The position numbers and the translations under genes are program-made. This document shows positions 9,740 to 19,534 of a DNA stretch of 64,000 nt, piece after piece. The stretch spans positions 275,899 to 339,898 of IMG/VR virus record IMGVR_UViG_3300028666_000022; one strand, 5' to 3'. The notes beneath the pieces are model-generated. The model was not told where the DNA came from. It saw only the letters and a program-made list of their open reading frames with translations, and searched no databases. The stretch's first letter is position 1. Every line of letters starts with the position of its first letter.

Positions 9740-10015
9740 ATGGAAAATTTAGTAGAAATAATAGATAACCTCAATACAAGTATTTGGGGAGAAGAAGGTG
9801 AGAATGAAGAAAACTTCGAATATAATTTCAATTATAGATATTATACTTCATTCGAATTGATATTTTTTGATGATATACTTTTGTGGAATTCAAATAATGA
9901 CGAAAGAGAATGGATAGAAGAACTTGATGATTACGAAGACTTAGAAGAATTTATAAAAAAAGAATATTGTAAATTGAGCGAAAAGATGTTAACTTTTAAA
10001 AATTTTATTAAATAA
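9740..10015 (+). CDS. Acidic hypothetical protein, tandem paralog
   Basis: Shares IWGEEGENEENFE and YEDLEEF with 9431-9727. Confidence 0.6.
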   Translation: MENLVEIIDNLNTSIWGEEGENEENFEYNFNYRYYTSFELIFFDDILLWNSNNDEREWIEELDDYEDLEEFIKKEYCKLSEKMLTFKNFIK

Positions 10016-10196
10016 TAAAAATTATGAAAATATTAGATCATATAATAATTAAGTGTATCTTTGCACTTATACTTGGTTATATATTCTTATCGTTTTGTAA
10101 TTGGAGTTTAAATATTGGCCATTGGAATGGGTTTTCTAGATTTTTGTTTGGTTGTGAGTTTATAGTGGTAATTTTGATATACATAGAAGATCTGAG

Positions 10197-10367
10197 ATGA
10201 AAGAAGCTAAACAAGGAGAATTTTCATTAGTTTATAATGAAACAGATAGGGCATTTGCCGTTGCTTTAACAAAAGAACAACACGAAATTTTACAAGCATT
10301 TCTTTGTGGAATCGGAGAAATTAGTGTTATATCAAAAATTGAAGTAAATTATAAAAGAATTGAATAA
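10197..10367 (+). CDS. Small hypothetical protein (56 aa, not in ORF track)
   Basis: MKEAKQGEFSLVYNETDRAFAVALTKEQHEILQAFL... Confidence 0.45.
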   Translation: MKEAKQGEFSLVYNETDRAFAVALTKEQHEILQAFLCGIGEISVISKIEVNYKRIE

Positions 10368-10390
10368 TGGGAGCATTAGAAGGAAGTAAA

Positions 10391-10564
10391 ATGAAAAATG
10401 AAAATGGTCTAAATTATTTAAGAAAAAATTTAAATATTATATTCGATAATAATAACAAATACCGTCATTTTGAAGATATTATAAGATTTTTAGATGATAA
10501 TCAGGTATTTGAACTTGACATTGAACTGAGTTTTGATTTAAATTATGTTTATGAAAAATATTGA
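10391..10564 (+). CDS. Small MKN-type acidic protein
   Basis: MKNENGLN...FELDIELSFDL. Confidence 0.4.
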   Translation: MKNENGLNYLRKNLNIIFDNNNKYRHFEDIIRFLDDNQVFELDIELSFDLNYVYEKY

Positions 10565-11072
10565 ATATTATTATGATGGTTTTGCTAATCGTTGGAGTAG
10601 TCAACTAAATGAAAATTTGTATGAAAATAATATAGTAAAATTATTAATAGTTTCAATATCAAAAGATTCTGTAATAGAGAATGATTGTTCTGATGGATAT
10701 TTAACGTTTATGTATAATCAATATTCTGAAATTAATTTACCAAATAATCATTGTTCAATTATTGGTAAATTTTCCGAATTATCTAATGAAGAATGTGTTC
10801 AATTAATTTATTCAAAACAAGCTTTAGATGATATAACCAATTATTGTAATTATGGAGATATTTTAGCATTTCGATCAGCTAAAGATTCTCTAAAATCATT
10901 ATTAATATCAAACGATTTGTGGCTTAAAGATTGGATAGTAAAACCAGAAACAATTTGGGAAGCTGAATCGGAATCTCAAGCAGGTGAAATAGCAGATTTA
11001 TTTTTAGATTATGAAGAAAAATTAAATAAGGCATCAGAAGATTTTTTAATAATAAAAATAAAAATATGTTAA
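10551..11072 (+). CDS. Hypothetical protein
   Basis: ~173 aa ORF. Confidence 0.55.
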   Translation: MKNIEYYYDGFANRWSSQLNENLYENNIVKLLIVSISKDSVIENDCSDGYLTFMYNQYSEINLPNNHCSIIGKFSELSNEECVQLIYSKQALDDITNYCNYGDILAFRSAKDSLKSLLISNDLWLKDWIVKPETIWEAESESQAGEIADLFLDYEEKLNKASEDFLIIKIKIC

Positions 11073-11251
11073 GATTCAAAGTAGGGGATATTGTTAAAAT
11101 ATCCACAGACGAACATAAACTTATTATTCCTAAGGGAGAAAAGGTTGAGATATTGGCAGTAGATGAAGAAAGTCTTACACCTTATTTCGTACAGTCATTA
11201 CAAGGTGATATTAAATTAGAAGTATGTAATCATAATTTACAATTTATTTAA
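11066..11251 (+). CDS. Small KOW/SH3-like protein
   Basis: FKVGDIVKI...G..VEI. Confidence 0.5.
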   Translation: MLRFKVGDIVKISTDEHKLIIPKGEKVEILAVDEESLTPYFVQSLQGDIKLEVCNHNLQFI

Positions 11252-11252
11252 A

Positions 11253-12026
11253 ATGAAAAAATTTAAACATAAAATCAGCAATAATATTGCCATTGAAACA
11301 AATTCTGGTAAGAATTACAGAGTTTCAAATCCTCAAAATTTCACTATTCCTAAATGGATTATCGAAAACAGTGAAGATTGGGAAGAAATCAAAGAAGAAA
11401 AAATTTTTGAAATTTTAGAATTTGGTGATGGAATAAATAGATTTTATAAAAAATCTGATGGAGTTTTTACGATTAATTTACAATATTTATATGGCGAAAG
11501 TGATTTACTAAATAATACCAATTATTTTATTACTAGAGTTAAAAGATTAAGAGATGATGTAATATTTGAACAAGGAAATAAAGTAAAATTCAATGGTGTT
11601 TGTTCTTATAAATTTTTTAAAATCGATAATTTTTATTTAAGAACACATGATAATATATTATTAGCTCGAAGCAAAGATAAATCAATTGTTGAAGACATAT
11701 TAAGGATTGAAAAATTAAGGGAGCCGTTGTTTATAAGCGAAGATGCTGTTGAAATTTTTGAAAATGATTTTCCTTGGATTTTACATAATAATGAAATATA
11801 TCAATGGGATGAAGGTAGAATGGAAATTGGGATATTCCCAACATATGATAAATCATTAAAATATTTCTCAACAAAAGAAGCTGCAGAAAAATATGTTGAT
11901 GATAATGAATTAAAGTTTAGTAAAAGACAAATATTAGATGCTTTTGAAAACAGTGGTGAAATTAGTACTTCTTCTTGGGGAATAGTATATACAAAACAAA
12001 TGATATTAAATAAATTAGGAATATGA
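11253..12026 (+). CDS. Hypothetical protein
   Basis: 257 aa; PLFISEDAVEIFE...KYFSTKEAAEKYV. Confidence 0.6.
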   Translation: MKKFKHKISNNIAIETNSGKNYRVSNPQNFTIPKWIIENSEDWEEIKEEKIFEILEFGDGINRFYKKSDGVFTINLQYLYGESDLLNNTNYFITRVKRLRDDVIFEQGNKVKFNGVCSYKFFKIDNFYLRTHDNILLARSKDKSIVEDILRIEKLREPLFISEDAVEIFENDFPWILHNNEIYQWDEGRMEIGIFPTYDKSLKYFSTKEAAEKYVDDNELKFSKRQILDAFENSGEISTSSWGIVYTKQMILNKLGI

Positions 12027-12283
12027 GTAAAATTTGTGAAAAAATAAAATATAAGACCGAAGGGCCTTATGGTAGTGTTGATGAAAAAACACTATATTGT
12101 GAAAGTAATGCTAGTATTGATGTTACTACATTTTTTTATGATGATGGAACACGAATATTTTCATTTGAAGATACATTAGATAATAATATTTTCGATAAAA
12201 TGATTGAAATTATTAAAAATTGGAAAGATAATCCTAATGTTGAAACCATGACAATAGAAGATTGTAATAAATGTGGAATATAA
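12023..12283 (+). CDS. Hypothetical protein
   Basis: ATGA-coupled ORF. Confidence 0.5.
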   Translation: MSKICEKIKYKTEGPYGSVDEKTLYCESNASIDVTTFFYDDGTRIFSFEDTLDNNIFDKMIEIIKNWKDNPNVETMTIEDCNKCGI

Positions 12284-12554
12284 AATATATGAAATTATGA
12301 ATAAATTAAAAAATTTCTATGAAAATTATTTAGAATATTATTTTTTCGTATTCAAAATATATTTAAAACTATTTTTAATATCAGCATCAGGATTTTTTAT
12401 TTTACAAGGAATAGCTTCATTTTTATTATTTTATGAACAAATATATTCAGAAGAAATAAATTTTAATAATTTAATGATTGGTCCTACTATTTTTGGAATT
12501 ATGATTTGTTTTATTTTTGGAATGCAAATACATCGTTATAATAAATTGAATTAA
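12273..12554 (+). CDS. Small 2-TM membrane protein
   Basis: Two hydrophobic segments. Confidence 0.5.
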   Translation: MEYKIYEIMNKLKNFYENYLEYYFFVFKIYLKLFLISASGFFILQGIASFLLFYEQIYSEEINFNNLMIGPTIFGIMICFIFGMQIHRYNKLN

Positions 12555-15121
12555 TGATACACAAACCCACCAAAGAACAAGAAAAAATATTTACTTATAT
12601 TGAAAAACGACCTGAAAATCTATTAATTGAAGCATACGCCGGAGCTGGGAAAAGTTCCACTGTTGTTGAAGCAGTTAGGTTATTACCTAAAGATAAGTCA
12701 ATAACATTTTTAGCTTTTAATAAACACATTCAAGAAGAATTAAAAACTAAATTACCTGAACATGTGAGGTGTTATACAACATATGGTTTAGGAAATGCAG
12801 CAATTAAAAGAAAATATGGTGATAAGATAGTGTTCGATGAATTCAAAGCAGACAAAATAATTCAAAAGAAAGCTAAAAATTGGGATTTAAATAACGAATT
12901 TAAAAATGAAGAGAAAATAAATTATTATCTAAATAATATAAAAAAATTAGTTAATCTCTGTAGATTAACATTAACAGTAAAGCCAGATTACATACCGTTT
13001 TTAGCTGAAAGACATGATATCAATAATTTAAGTAAACCAAAAGATATTAAAAGAGTTCTAAAAGTACTAGATGAAATGACTATAGATAGAACTTCTTATG
13101 ATTATACCGATATGGTTTATTTACCAGCAGTTGATAATTCAATTTGGATGTTTCCTCAAGATTATGTAATCGTGGATGAATGTTTACCAAAAGAAACATA
13201 TATTTTAACAACAGAAGGTAAAATACAAATAAATTTATTGTGTACTAATTATAATAAAAATATAAAAATACCTAATGTTATTACATATAATGAAACTATA
13301 AATAAATTTGAAGAAAAGAAAATAAATTGTGTTTGGTGTAATGGGATTAAGGATGTTTATTGTGTTAAATTAGGCACTAAAAGAAAATTGTATGCTACAG
13401 TTAATCATAAATTTTTAACATTAAATGGATGGAAAAGATTAGATGAACTAAAAATTGGAGATGCTATACTATCGAATTATCATAATCAACCATATCATTC
13501 GATATTAAATAATATACAAAAAGAAATTTTTGTTGGTTCAATTCTTGGTGATGGACATTTATATAGTTTAAGTAAAAATATAGGAAGAATTAGTGTTATT
13601 CATGGTGAAAAACAAAAGAAATATATTGAATGGAAAGGACAATTTTTTAATTCTAAAATAAATAAAATTGAAAAAAATGGTTATAGTCAAAAGGTTGCAT
13701 ATACTTTTCGAACATTAGGATATTATTTTGATTTAAATATCGAAGATAGTATAAAATCAATAACTCCACAATCATTAGCAATTGCTTGGATGGATGATGC
13801 TAATTTAAGTAAATTTGAAAATTGTTCAAAATTATATTCATTGGCTACAACAAAAAACTATGTCCAATTATTAAATAAAACAATATTTAATAATTGGAAT
13901 ATCGAATCTAGTGTTAGAACACAAAAAAGTTCATCAACAAAAAAAGAATATTATTATTTAGAATTTAATAAAAAAAATACCGAAAAAATATCTGAATTAA
14001 TTTCACCGTATATTCATGAATCAATGAAATATAAAATTTTAAAAAAACATTATAATAATATTAATAATGAAAATTGGAATATTATTGATGATAAATACTC
14101 AAATTTAGGTTGTATTGTTGTTACTGATGAATATAAATTTCATAAAACCGAAAAAACATATGACATGAGTGTTGAGGATAATCATAATTTTATTATTACT
14201 TCGAAAAAAGATAGTAAAAATAGAGGTGGAGCGAGTAATAATGGAATTGTTGCACATAATTGTCAGGATACTGGGTCAGCACAACAAAAAATAATTGAAA
14301 AAATATTAAAAAAAGATAAATTAACTGGTAAAATTTTAGGTAGATTAATCTCGGTGGGTGATAAATTTCAAAACATATATGCATTTAATGGTAGTAGTGA
14401 TAAATGTTTTGAATGGTTCAGAAATTTTCCTAATACAAAAGTTTTACCTCTTTCATATTCTTTTAGGTGCGCCAAAAACATCATTTTAAAAGCAAATGAA
14501 ATTGTACCAGATATTAAAGCATTGGATGATGCACCTGATGGTATTGTTAGAGATGGTGATGTATTAAGTGAAGCTCAGAGTGGTGATTTTGTTTTATGTA
14601 GAACAACAATGCCATTGGTTAAATTATTTTTTCAATTCTTATTACAACATAAAAAAGCAATTATTAAAGGCAGTGATATTGGAGTGCATCTTATTGAATT
14701 AATTGGTAAAATTAATAATATTAAACAATTAATTAGTTTTTGGGAAAAAGAATTAGATGATTATAGTAATGATTTAAAATCAAAAGGTATTTTAAATCCA
14801 GATGAACATAGTGGTTACATTGCTTTAGCTGATAAAGTTTCAACATTATTATTTCTAGCTAAACTTTCAAATAGTATCGAAGATCTTAAAGATAAAATAA
14901 GAACAATATTTAGTGATGAAATTGAGGGTATTGTGCTCAGTTCTATCCACAAAATCAAGGGGTTAGAGTCAAATAGAGTATTTATTGTTAGACCAGATTT
15001 ATTACCGTTAAAAACTGCAAGAGGATGGCAAAAAGATCAGGAAATGAATTTATCATATGTCTCAATAACGAGGGCCAAATTAGAATTAATTTATGATAGA
15101 GAATGGTCAGATTTAAAATAA
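12554..15121 (+). CDS. UvrD/Rep-family SF1 helicase containing an intein
   Basis: Walker A AYAGAGKS; Walker B VIVDE|CQD split by intein; VGDKFQNIYAF, SFRC, SSIHKIKGLE, YVSITRAK. Confidence 0.92.
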   Translation: MIHKPTKEQEKIFTYIEKRPENLLIEAYAGAGKSSTVVEAVRLLPKDKSITFLAFNKHIQEELKTKLPEHVRCYTTYGLGNAAIKRKYGDKIVFDEFKADKIIQKKAKNWDLNNEFKNEEKINYYLNNIKKLVNLCRLTLTVKPDYIPFLAERHDINNLSKPKDIKRVLKVLDEMTIDRTSYDYTDMVYLPAVDNSIWMFPQDYVIVDECLPKETYILTTEGKIQINLLCTNYNKNIKIPNVITYNETINKFEEKKINCVWCNGIKDVYCVKLGTKRKLYATVNHKFLTLNGWKRLDELKIGDAILSNYHNQPYHSILNNIQKEIFVGSILGDGHLYSLSKNIGRISVIHGEKQKKYIEWKGQFFNSKINKIEKNGYSQKVAYTFRTLGYYFDLNIEDSIKSITPQSLAIAWMDDANLSKFENCSKLYSLATTKNYVQLLNKTIFNNWNIESSVRTQKSSSTKKEYYYLEFNKKNTEKISELISPYIHESMKYKILKKHYNNINNENWNIIDDKYSNLGCIVVTDEYKFHKTEKTYDMSVEDNHNFIITSKKDSKNRGGASNNGIVAHNCQDTGSAQQKIIEKILKKDKLTGKILGRLISVGDKFQNIYAFNGSSDKCFEWFRNFPNTKVLPLSYSFRCAKNIILKANEIVPDIKALDDAPDGIVRDGDVLSEAQSGDFVLCRTTMPLVKLFFQFLLQHKKAIIKGSDIGVHLIELIGKINNIKQLISFWEKELDDYSNDLKSKGILNPDEHSGYIALADKVSTLLFLAKLSNSIEDLKDKIRTIFSDEIEGIVLSSIHKIKGLESNRVFIVRPDLLPLKTARGWQKDQEMNLSYVSITRAKLELIYDREWSDLK
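13181..14260 (+). mobile_element. Intein (360 aa) with LAGLIDADG endonuclease in the helicase Walker B motif
   Basis: Starts CLPKET, block B ATVNHKF, LAGLIDADG-like GSILGDG and AIAWMDD, ends GIVAHN|C. Confidence 0.92.
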
Positions 15122-15133
15122 AAATATAATATT

Positions 15134-15409
15134 ATGGACTTAAGTAAATTTACGGAATTAGAACTACTTGATTTAAGATTTCAAGTAAGTCAAGAATTAG
15201 AAAACTATACGTGTAGAGATAAAAAAGAAGTGTTTAAAATCTTTATTGAATTCGATGGAACTGAGTATTTTATAAAGAAAGAAAATGCATATAAACGTCT
15301 TAATGAATTAATTGAGATGGACATATTTTTCGATTCAGAAATAACTGTAGGTAAAAAGTTTTTAAATGATGCTGAAATTCAAAAGCATTGTAAAGATTAT
15401 GAAGAATAA
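15134..15409 (+). CDS. Hypothetical protein
   Basis: 91 aa ORF. Confidence 0.5.
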   Translation: MDLSKFTELELLDLRFQVSQELENYTCRDKKEVFKIFIEFDGTEYFIKKENAYKRLNELIEMDIFFDSEITVGKKFLNDAEIQKHCKDYEE

Positions 15410-15472
15410 TTATTGTATTATTAAATAATTTAAGATATATATACTGAATATTTGAATTTAAAATAAAATTTT

Positions 15473-16018
15473 ATGACATGTATTATTGGTTATATTGATA
15501 GAATTAATAATAAAGTAATACTTGGTGGGGATTCAGCAAGTATTACTAATAAACAAATTATGATAAGAAAAACACCCAAAGTATTTAAAAATGGTAATTT
15601 CATATTTGGTTCTTCAGGTAGTATTAGATTAAGTCAATTATTGGAAAATTCATTTAAACCACCTAAAATAGAAATAGATACTATTCTTGAGTATATGTGT
15701 ATAACATTCGTTAATGAAATAAGAAATTGTTTAAGAGAAGGTGGCATATTAAATATTAATAATAATATCGAAACAATGGAAAATGATATTATTGTTGGAT
15801 ATAAAAATAGATTATTTACAATATATTCAGATTTTACTGTTTTTGAAAATATAAATGATTTTATCTCAATTGGAAGTGGTTTAGAATATGCGTTAGGTTC
15901 ATTACATACTACAAAAGATGATAACATTACCATTGAAAATAAAATATTGTTAGCATTAGGAGCAGCATCTAAATATTGTACTGGAGTTTCTGAGCCATTT
16001 AACTTAATTAGTACTTAA
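15473..16018 (+). CDS. HslV-like Ntn-hydrolase (Thr peptidase)
   Basis: MTCIIG (Thr after Met removal), GGDS, KVF, SIGSGLEYALG. Confidence 0.8.
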   Translation: MTCIIGYIDRINNKVILGGDSASITNKQIMIRKTPKVFKNGNFIFGSSGSIRLSQLLENSFKPPKIEIDTILEYMCITFVNEIRNCLREGGILNINNNIETMENDIIVGYKNRLFTIYSDFTVFENINDFISIGSGLEYALGSLHTTKDDNITIENKILLALGAASKYCTGVSEPFNLIST

Positions 16019-16028
16019 AAATATAATC

Positions 16029-16322
16029 ATGAAGTGGATAGTTAATATAGAGAATAAACCAAATCAAAGAATTGTTGTGAATTTCAATCCTTTGGAAGAA
16101 CAATTAATTTTTAATGGTGAATATAAACCCAAGAATAGAGAATGGATTGTATTTAGTACTGAAAAATATTCAATGAAGCTTGATTTAGAAAAAATCCAAG
16201 AATTATTGTTTATAACATATGAGAATTTAAAAATACGCCTCGAACAATATGAGATTCTTAATGAAGGTTTTAAATTAATTAATTTAATTGAGATAAAAGA
16301 AGAGGAAGAAGAATTAGGATAA
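16029..16322 (+). CDS. Hypothetical protein
   Basis: 97 aa ORF. Confidence 0.55.
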   Translation: MKWIVNIENKPNQRIVVNFNPLEEQLIFNGEYKPKNREWIVFSTEKYSMKLDLEKIQELLFITYENLKIRLEQYEILNEGFKLINLIEIKEEEEELG

Positions 16323-16568
16323 TTTATAAAATTTATTCACTACTACAATATAATCGTTAACAAAAAAGAACTGAAAATTTTCAGTTCTATCTACAAGATG
16401 AGCGAAACGTATATTTTTGACATCAAAACTCATTTTATACATCGAAAATTTAGCTAAAAAATCTAATATTTCAAAAGCTAAATCTTCAATAATTATTTCA
16501 TCTTCTTTAACACCAGTTGATTTAAGATAGTTAATTTGATCACTAATTACTGTTTCAAAATTTTTCAT
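16314..16568 (-). CDS. Hypothetical protein
   Basis: 84 aa ORF. Confidence 0.5.
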   Translation of the reverse strand: MKNFETVISDQINYLKSTGVKEDEIIIEDLAFEILDFLAKFSMYKMSFDVKNIRFAHLVDRTENFQFFFVNDYIVVVNKFYKLS

Positions 16569-16624
16569 ATAATTAATTTAAAATAAGGTTAATTATAATA
16601 AAATGTTGATGAAACAAATATTAT

Positions 16625-17056
16625 TTAATCATCCTCGCCATCTTCTTTTGATTTTTTTGCTTTTAGTTCTTCGTTTTCTTTTATTAACATATCAACTTTT
16701 TCATCATAAATAGCTTTAACCATTTTATGTGTTTCTTTATTTGTTTGACTTAATATATTAAAAGCATCCTCACCAATTTTCTCTCCAACTTCCCTTCTAA
16801 TTTCTTTATGATCTTCAATATTCTCATCATGTTTTCTTTGAATTTCAGTTCTTATTTCCGCTTCAGTTTTTTCTCCAATTTTTTTTATTGAAGAAATATA
16901 AAAAATTAACAATGGAGTACCTAAACCAATTGCAAAAGAAGCAATTAATTTATTTGTTTCACTAGTAAATGTCATTAATATCGTAAATACAATATAACCT
17001 AATATTGTGGAGGTTATAAGTATTGCAAGAAATGATCTTATAAATATTTTTAACAT
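16625..17056 (-). CDS. 2-TM membrane protein with charged coiled-coil tail (holin-like topology)
   Basis: Two N-terminal hydrophobic helices, highly charged C-terminus; overlaps upstream gene. Confidence 0.6.
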   Translation of the reverse strand: MLKIFIRSFLAILITSTILGYIVFTILMTFTSETNKLIASFAIGLGTPLLIFYISSIKKIGEKTEAEIRTEIQRKHDENIEDHKEIRREVGEKIGEDAFNILSQTNKETHKMVKAIYDEKVDMLIKENEELKAKKSKEDGEDD

Positions 17057-17490
17057 AAAAATCTTATTAATAGCAAAAAGTATAATGTTATTGATATTGC
17101 AAATAAATATTTCAATTCAACTTTAGGAAAAAATCTAATTACAGTAAAATCAACTAAAATTATTAAAAATGACATTGAAAATAATTCAGTTAAATGCCTA
17201 TTTGAACATATTTTATTATATTCTCCAAGTGGATGACTTGCTAAAAGAAATTGAAATAATAAATATTCAAAAATAAACATCATAAATCCAATAACAGCTA
17301 ATTTATTTAATGAATCATTTAGATAATATACTAAATATCCAGAAACAGTTAATAACATCGTATATAACAACACATAAAAAAAGCAGTTCCAAAACACACT
17401 AGGAACTGCTCTAGTTATGTAAGTTTCTATTAATGCTCCGAATAGAAATATAATATAAATTATACTGTGTTTTTTTAATTCGTTAAGCAT
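17050..17490 (-). CDS. 4-5 TM integral membrane protein
   Basis: Almost entirely hydrophobic helices; starts 6 nt after the peptide gene stop. Confidence 0.65.
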   Translation of the reverse strand: MLNELKKHSIIYIIFLFGALIETYITRAVPSVFWNCFFYVLLYTMLLTVSGYLVYYLNDSLNKLAVIGFMMFIFEYLLFQFLLASHPLGEYNKICSNRHLTELFSMSFLIILVDFTVIRFFPKVELKYLFAISITLYFLLLIRFLC

Positions 17491-17496
17491 AGATAA

Positions 17497-17646
17497 CTAT
17501 TTTGTTGGTTGTGGCGGTGGTGGAGGTTGTACTATACCATCCTTATTTTTTGATTTTGGTGGTTGTGGCGGTGGTGGGGGTTGTACTATACCTGCTTGAG
17601 CCTTTAAACCAAATAAATTTAGAATATAATTCCAGATTTTTTTCAT
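17497..17646 (-). CDS. 49-aa proline-rich peptide precursor with duplicated core (not in ORF track)
   Basis: MKKIWNYILNLFGLKAQA-GIVQPPPPPQPPK-SKNKD-GIVQPPPPPQPTK*; late-type motif at 17702-17709. Confidence 0.75.
   Translation of the reverse strand: MKKIWNYILNLFGLKAQAGIVQPPPPPQPPKSKNKDGIVQPPPPPQPTK
17500..17592. repeat. 39-nt direct repeat x2 (period 54 nt) encoding the peptide cores
   Basis: 17500-17538 and 17554-17592 differ at 2 positions (one synonymous); GC-rich island in AT-rich DNA. Confidence 0.9.
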
Positions 17647-17888
17647 TATTAATTGTTTTTTAAATAAAGTTATTTTGTAATTATTGAGATTGTATTTTCT
17701 CTATAAATAAATAGTAAAAATAATCCTAAAGAGCAATGGTTAGATAAGATTTTTTTATAGAAATTAGATAATTATTTTAGTATGTTTAAAAACATTATAA
17801 AAAATTATAAAAATGTGGATTATTAGATAAGTGAAAGTGTGTTAATTACTTAAGATATGTTAGTGTATAATTATTTATGAATATGATT

Positions 17889-18296
17889 TTATTTATTTTT
17901 AATAATATATGCTGTGTTATTATTGTTTTTTTCGTCAGCATCATCACCTAGCGCACCACTTGTATTATTAAGTGTTTTTATTGTTAATTTTTCTCTGTTA
18001 ATGGCATCTATCGAACTACTTAACGAACCTATTGATGTGTTTATTTTACCAAGTTCTTGATAAAATAACGTATTTTGACTCTTCTGATCTTCAAACATCT
18101 GTCTATAATTGTTTTCAGTTAAATTTATTTTTGGAACTACAACTAATTGATAAAATCCATAAAAAATACCTAAAATAGTACCAATTGTAAGAAGAAAACT
18201 TTTTACAGTGAAAACAATCTGAGTATTAGCACTAATCTTAAATCCTCCCTCTTCTTGCACATCATCACTAGATTTTGCTATAATTTTCTTTTTCAT
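17889..18296 (-). CDS. Single-TM protein with coiled-coil
   Basis: FLLTIGTILGIFYGFYQLVVV followed by heptads. Confidence 0.55.
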   Translation of the reverse strand: MKKKIIAKSSDDVQEEGGFKISANTQIVFTVKSFLLTIGTILGIFYGFYQLVVVPKINLTENNYRQMFEDQKSQNTLFYQELGKINTSIGSLSSSIDAINREKLTIKTLNNTSGALGDDADEKNNNNTAYIIKNK

Positions 18297-18323
18297 TATT
18301 CCTCTTTTTATCTCAAATTATTT

Positions 18324-18785
18324 TTAATTGTTTGAATTATATACACAATTTTCCCATTTTATTGTCACTTTTATTGACTCCATTGAAGTCTCGTACCAAT
18401 ATATTACTGTTGGTGTTACATCAATAACAGCAGTGAATCCATTAGGGAATTGTTCGTTAGTTACTTCAACATTATCTATGAATACCCTTGCATTTGATAT
18501 CCATGTTTTTACTGTTTTATTATAATATGTTGATTTACTGATTAGAATTAATTCGTACCTGTATTTAGGTAATTCTGAAAGGGTTTTTTGTTTTTGTTTA
18601 AAATCTCGATGTGTTAATATTGTTTGTCTAGTTACATATGATGATATAGATACGTTGGTTTCATTCGAAATATCATGTCTCCATGTGCCATAATCTACAT
18701 ATATTTTCTTTTTACCATAAGACTGTGCCTCTGTAGAAAAACACGTAAATAATGTCGCTAAAATAAGAAATAATATAAATCTCAT
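18324..18785 (-). CDS. Secreted/periplasmic protein with Sec signal peptide
   Basis: MRFILFLILATLFTCFSTEA|QS; late motif at 18803-18811. Confidence 0.6.
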   Translation of the reverse strand: MRFILFLILATLFTCFSTEAQSYGKKKIYVDYGTWRHDISNETNVSISSYVTRQTILTHRDFKQKQKTLSELPKYRYELILISKSTYYNKTVKTWISNARVFIDNVEVTNEQFPNGFTAVIDVTPTVIYWYETSMESIKVTIKWENCVYNSNN

Positions 18786-18929
18786 GGCATTAATATTATA
18801 TCTATAAATACTTTCGTAACGATAAAGAATATTAAATTTTATAAAAAATTAGAGAAAATAGTTTTATATGATTAATTATTTGAAAATCCAAGAGATTGGA
18901 GTAAATTTAAAAAAGATTTTAGACTTTAC

Positions 18930-18960
18930 TTGTAATTCTGGTAAAAATAAATTATATTTG
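18930..18960 (+). promoter_or_regulatory. Bacteroidota sigmaA-type promoter (TTG-N20-TATATTTG)
   Basis: Matches the -33 TTG / -7 TAnnTTTG consensus. Confidence 0.6.
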
Positions 18961-18987
18961 TAGCATTATTTAATTAAAAACATAAAA

Positions 18988-19530
18988 ATGAAAAAACTTG
19001 AAATTAGTACAGAATTAAGAAATGAAATTCTTCTTAAACATAAGAATGGAATTTCGATGCGTAAATTGGAAAAAGAATATCCATATTCATTTGCATTTAT
19101 TCAGACGTTAATTAATTCTAGTGAACTGGAAGAAAAATTAAAAACAAATTATCCACAAAAAGAAGGATATTTAATATTTGCTGTTTGTAAAAAAACAAAA
19201 AAAGAATTTATTGACTATTGTAATGATTCAGGTATTATTACTAAGCATTTGTTTAAAACATACCCAAATGAAATTAAAGGAAGTAAATATACTAGAAAAT
19301 CAAAAGAATATGAAACAGGCAAATTTTGGTTTGATAAATATTTTACTTTTGAATATAGATTAATTCGTGTTCGTGAAACAAAAAAATGTTTTTATTGTGA
19401 TTGGACTACTCATGATTTAGATAATAAAGCAGGTACTTATCAAAGACATTTACAAAATGTTCATAATAAAACAATTTACGATTATCTTCGAGATAATTTC
19501 GAAGATATGTTTTATTTTAAAAATATGTAA
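18988..19530 (+). CDS. HTH + AVCKKT domain + C2H2-like Zn-finger protein
   Basis: GISMRKLEKEY helix-turn-helix; domain shared with both GIY-YIG proteins; CFYC...HLQNVH. Confidence 0.6.
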   Translation: MKKLEISTELRNEILLKHKNGISMRKLEKEYPYSFAFIQTLINSSELEEKLKTNYPQKEGYLIFAVCKKTKKEFIDYCNDSGIITKHLFKTYPNEIKGSKYTRKSKEYETGKFWFDKYFTFEYRLIRVRETKKCFYCDWTTHDLDNKAGTYQRHLQNVHNKTIYDYLRDNFEDMFYFKNM

Positions 19531-19534
19531 AAAC

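Noticed and set aside
17500-17592. Mini CRISPR array
   Set aside because: Only two 39-nt copies with a 15-nt spacer, in frame within a peptide ORF; no cas genes
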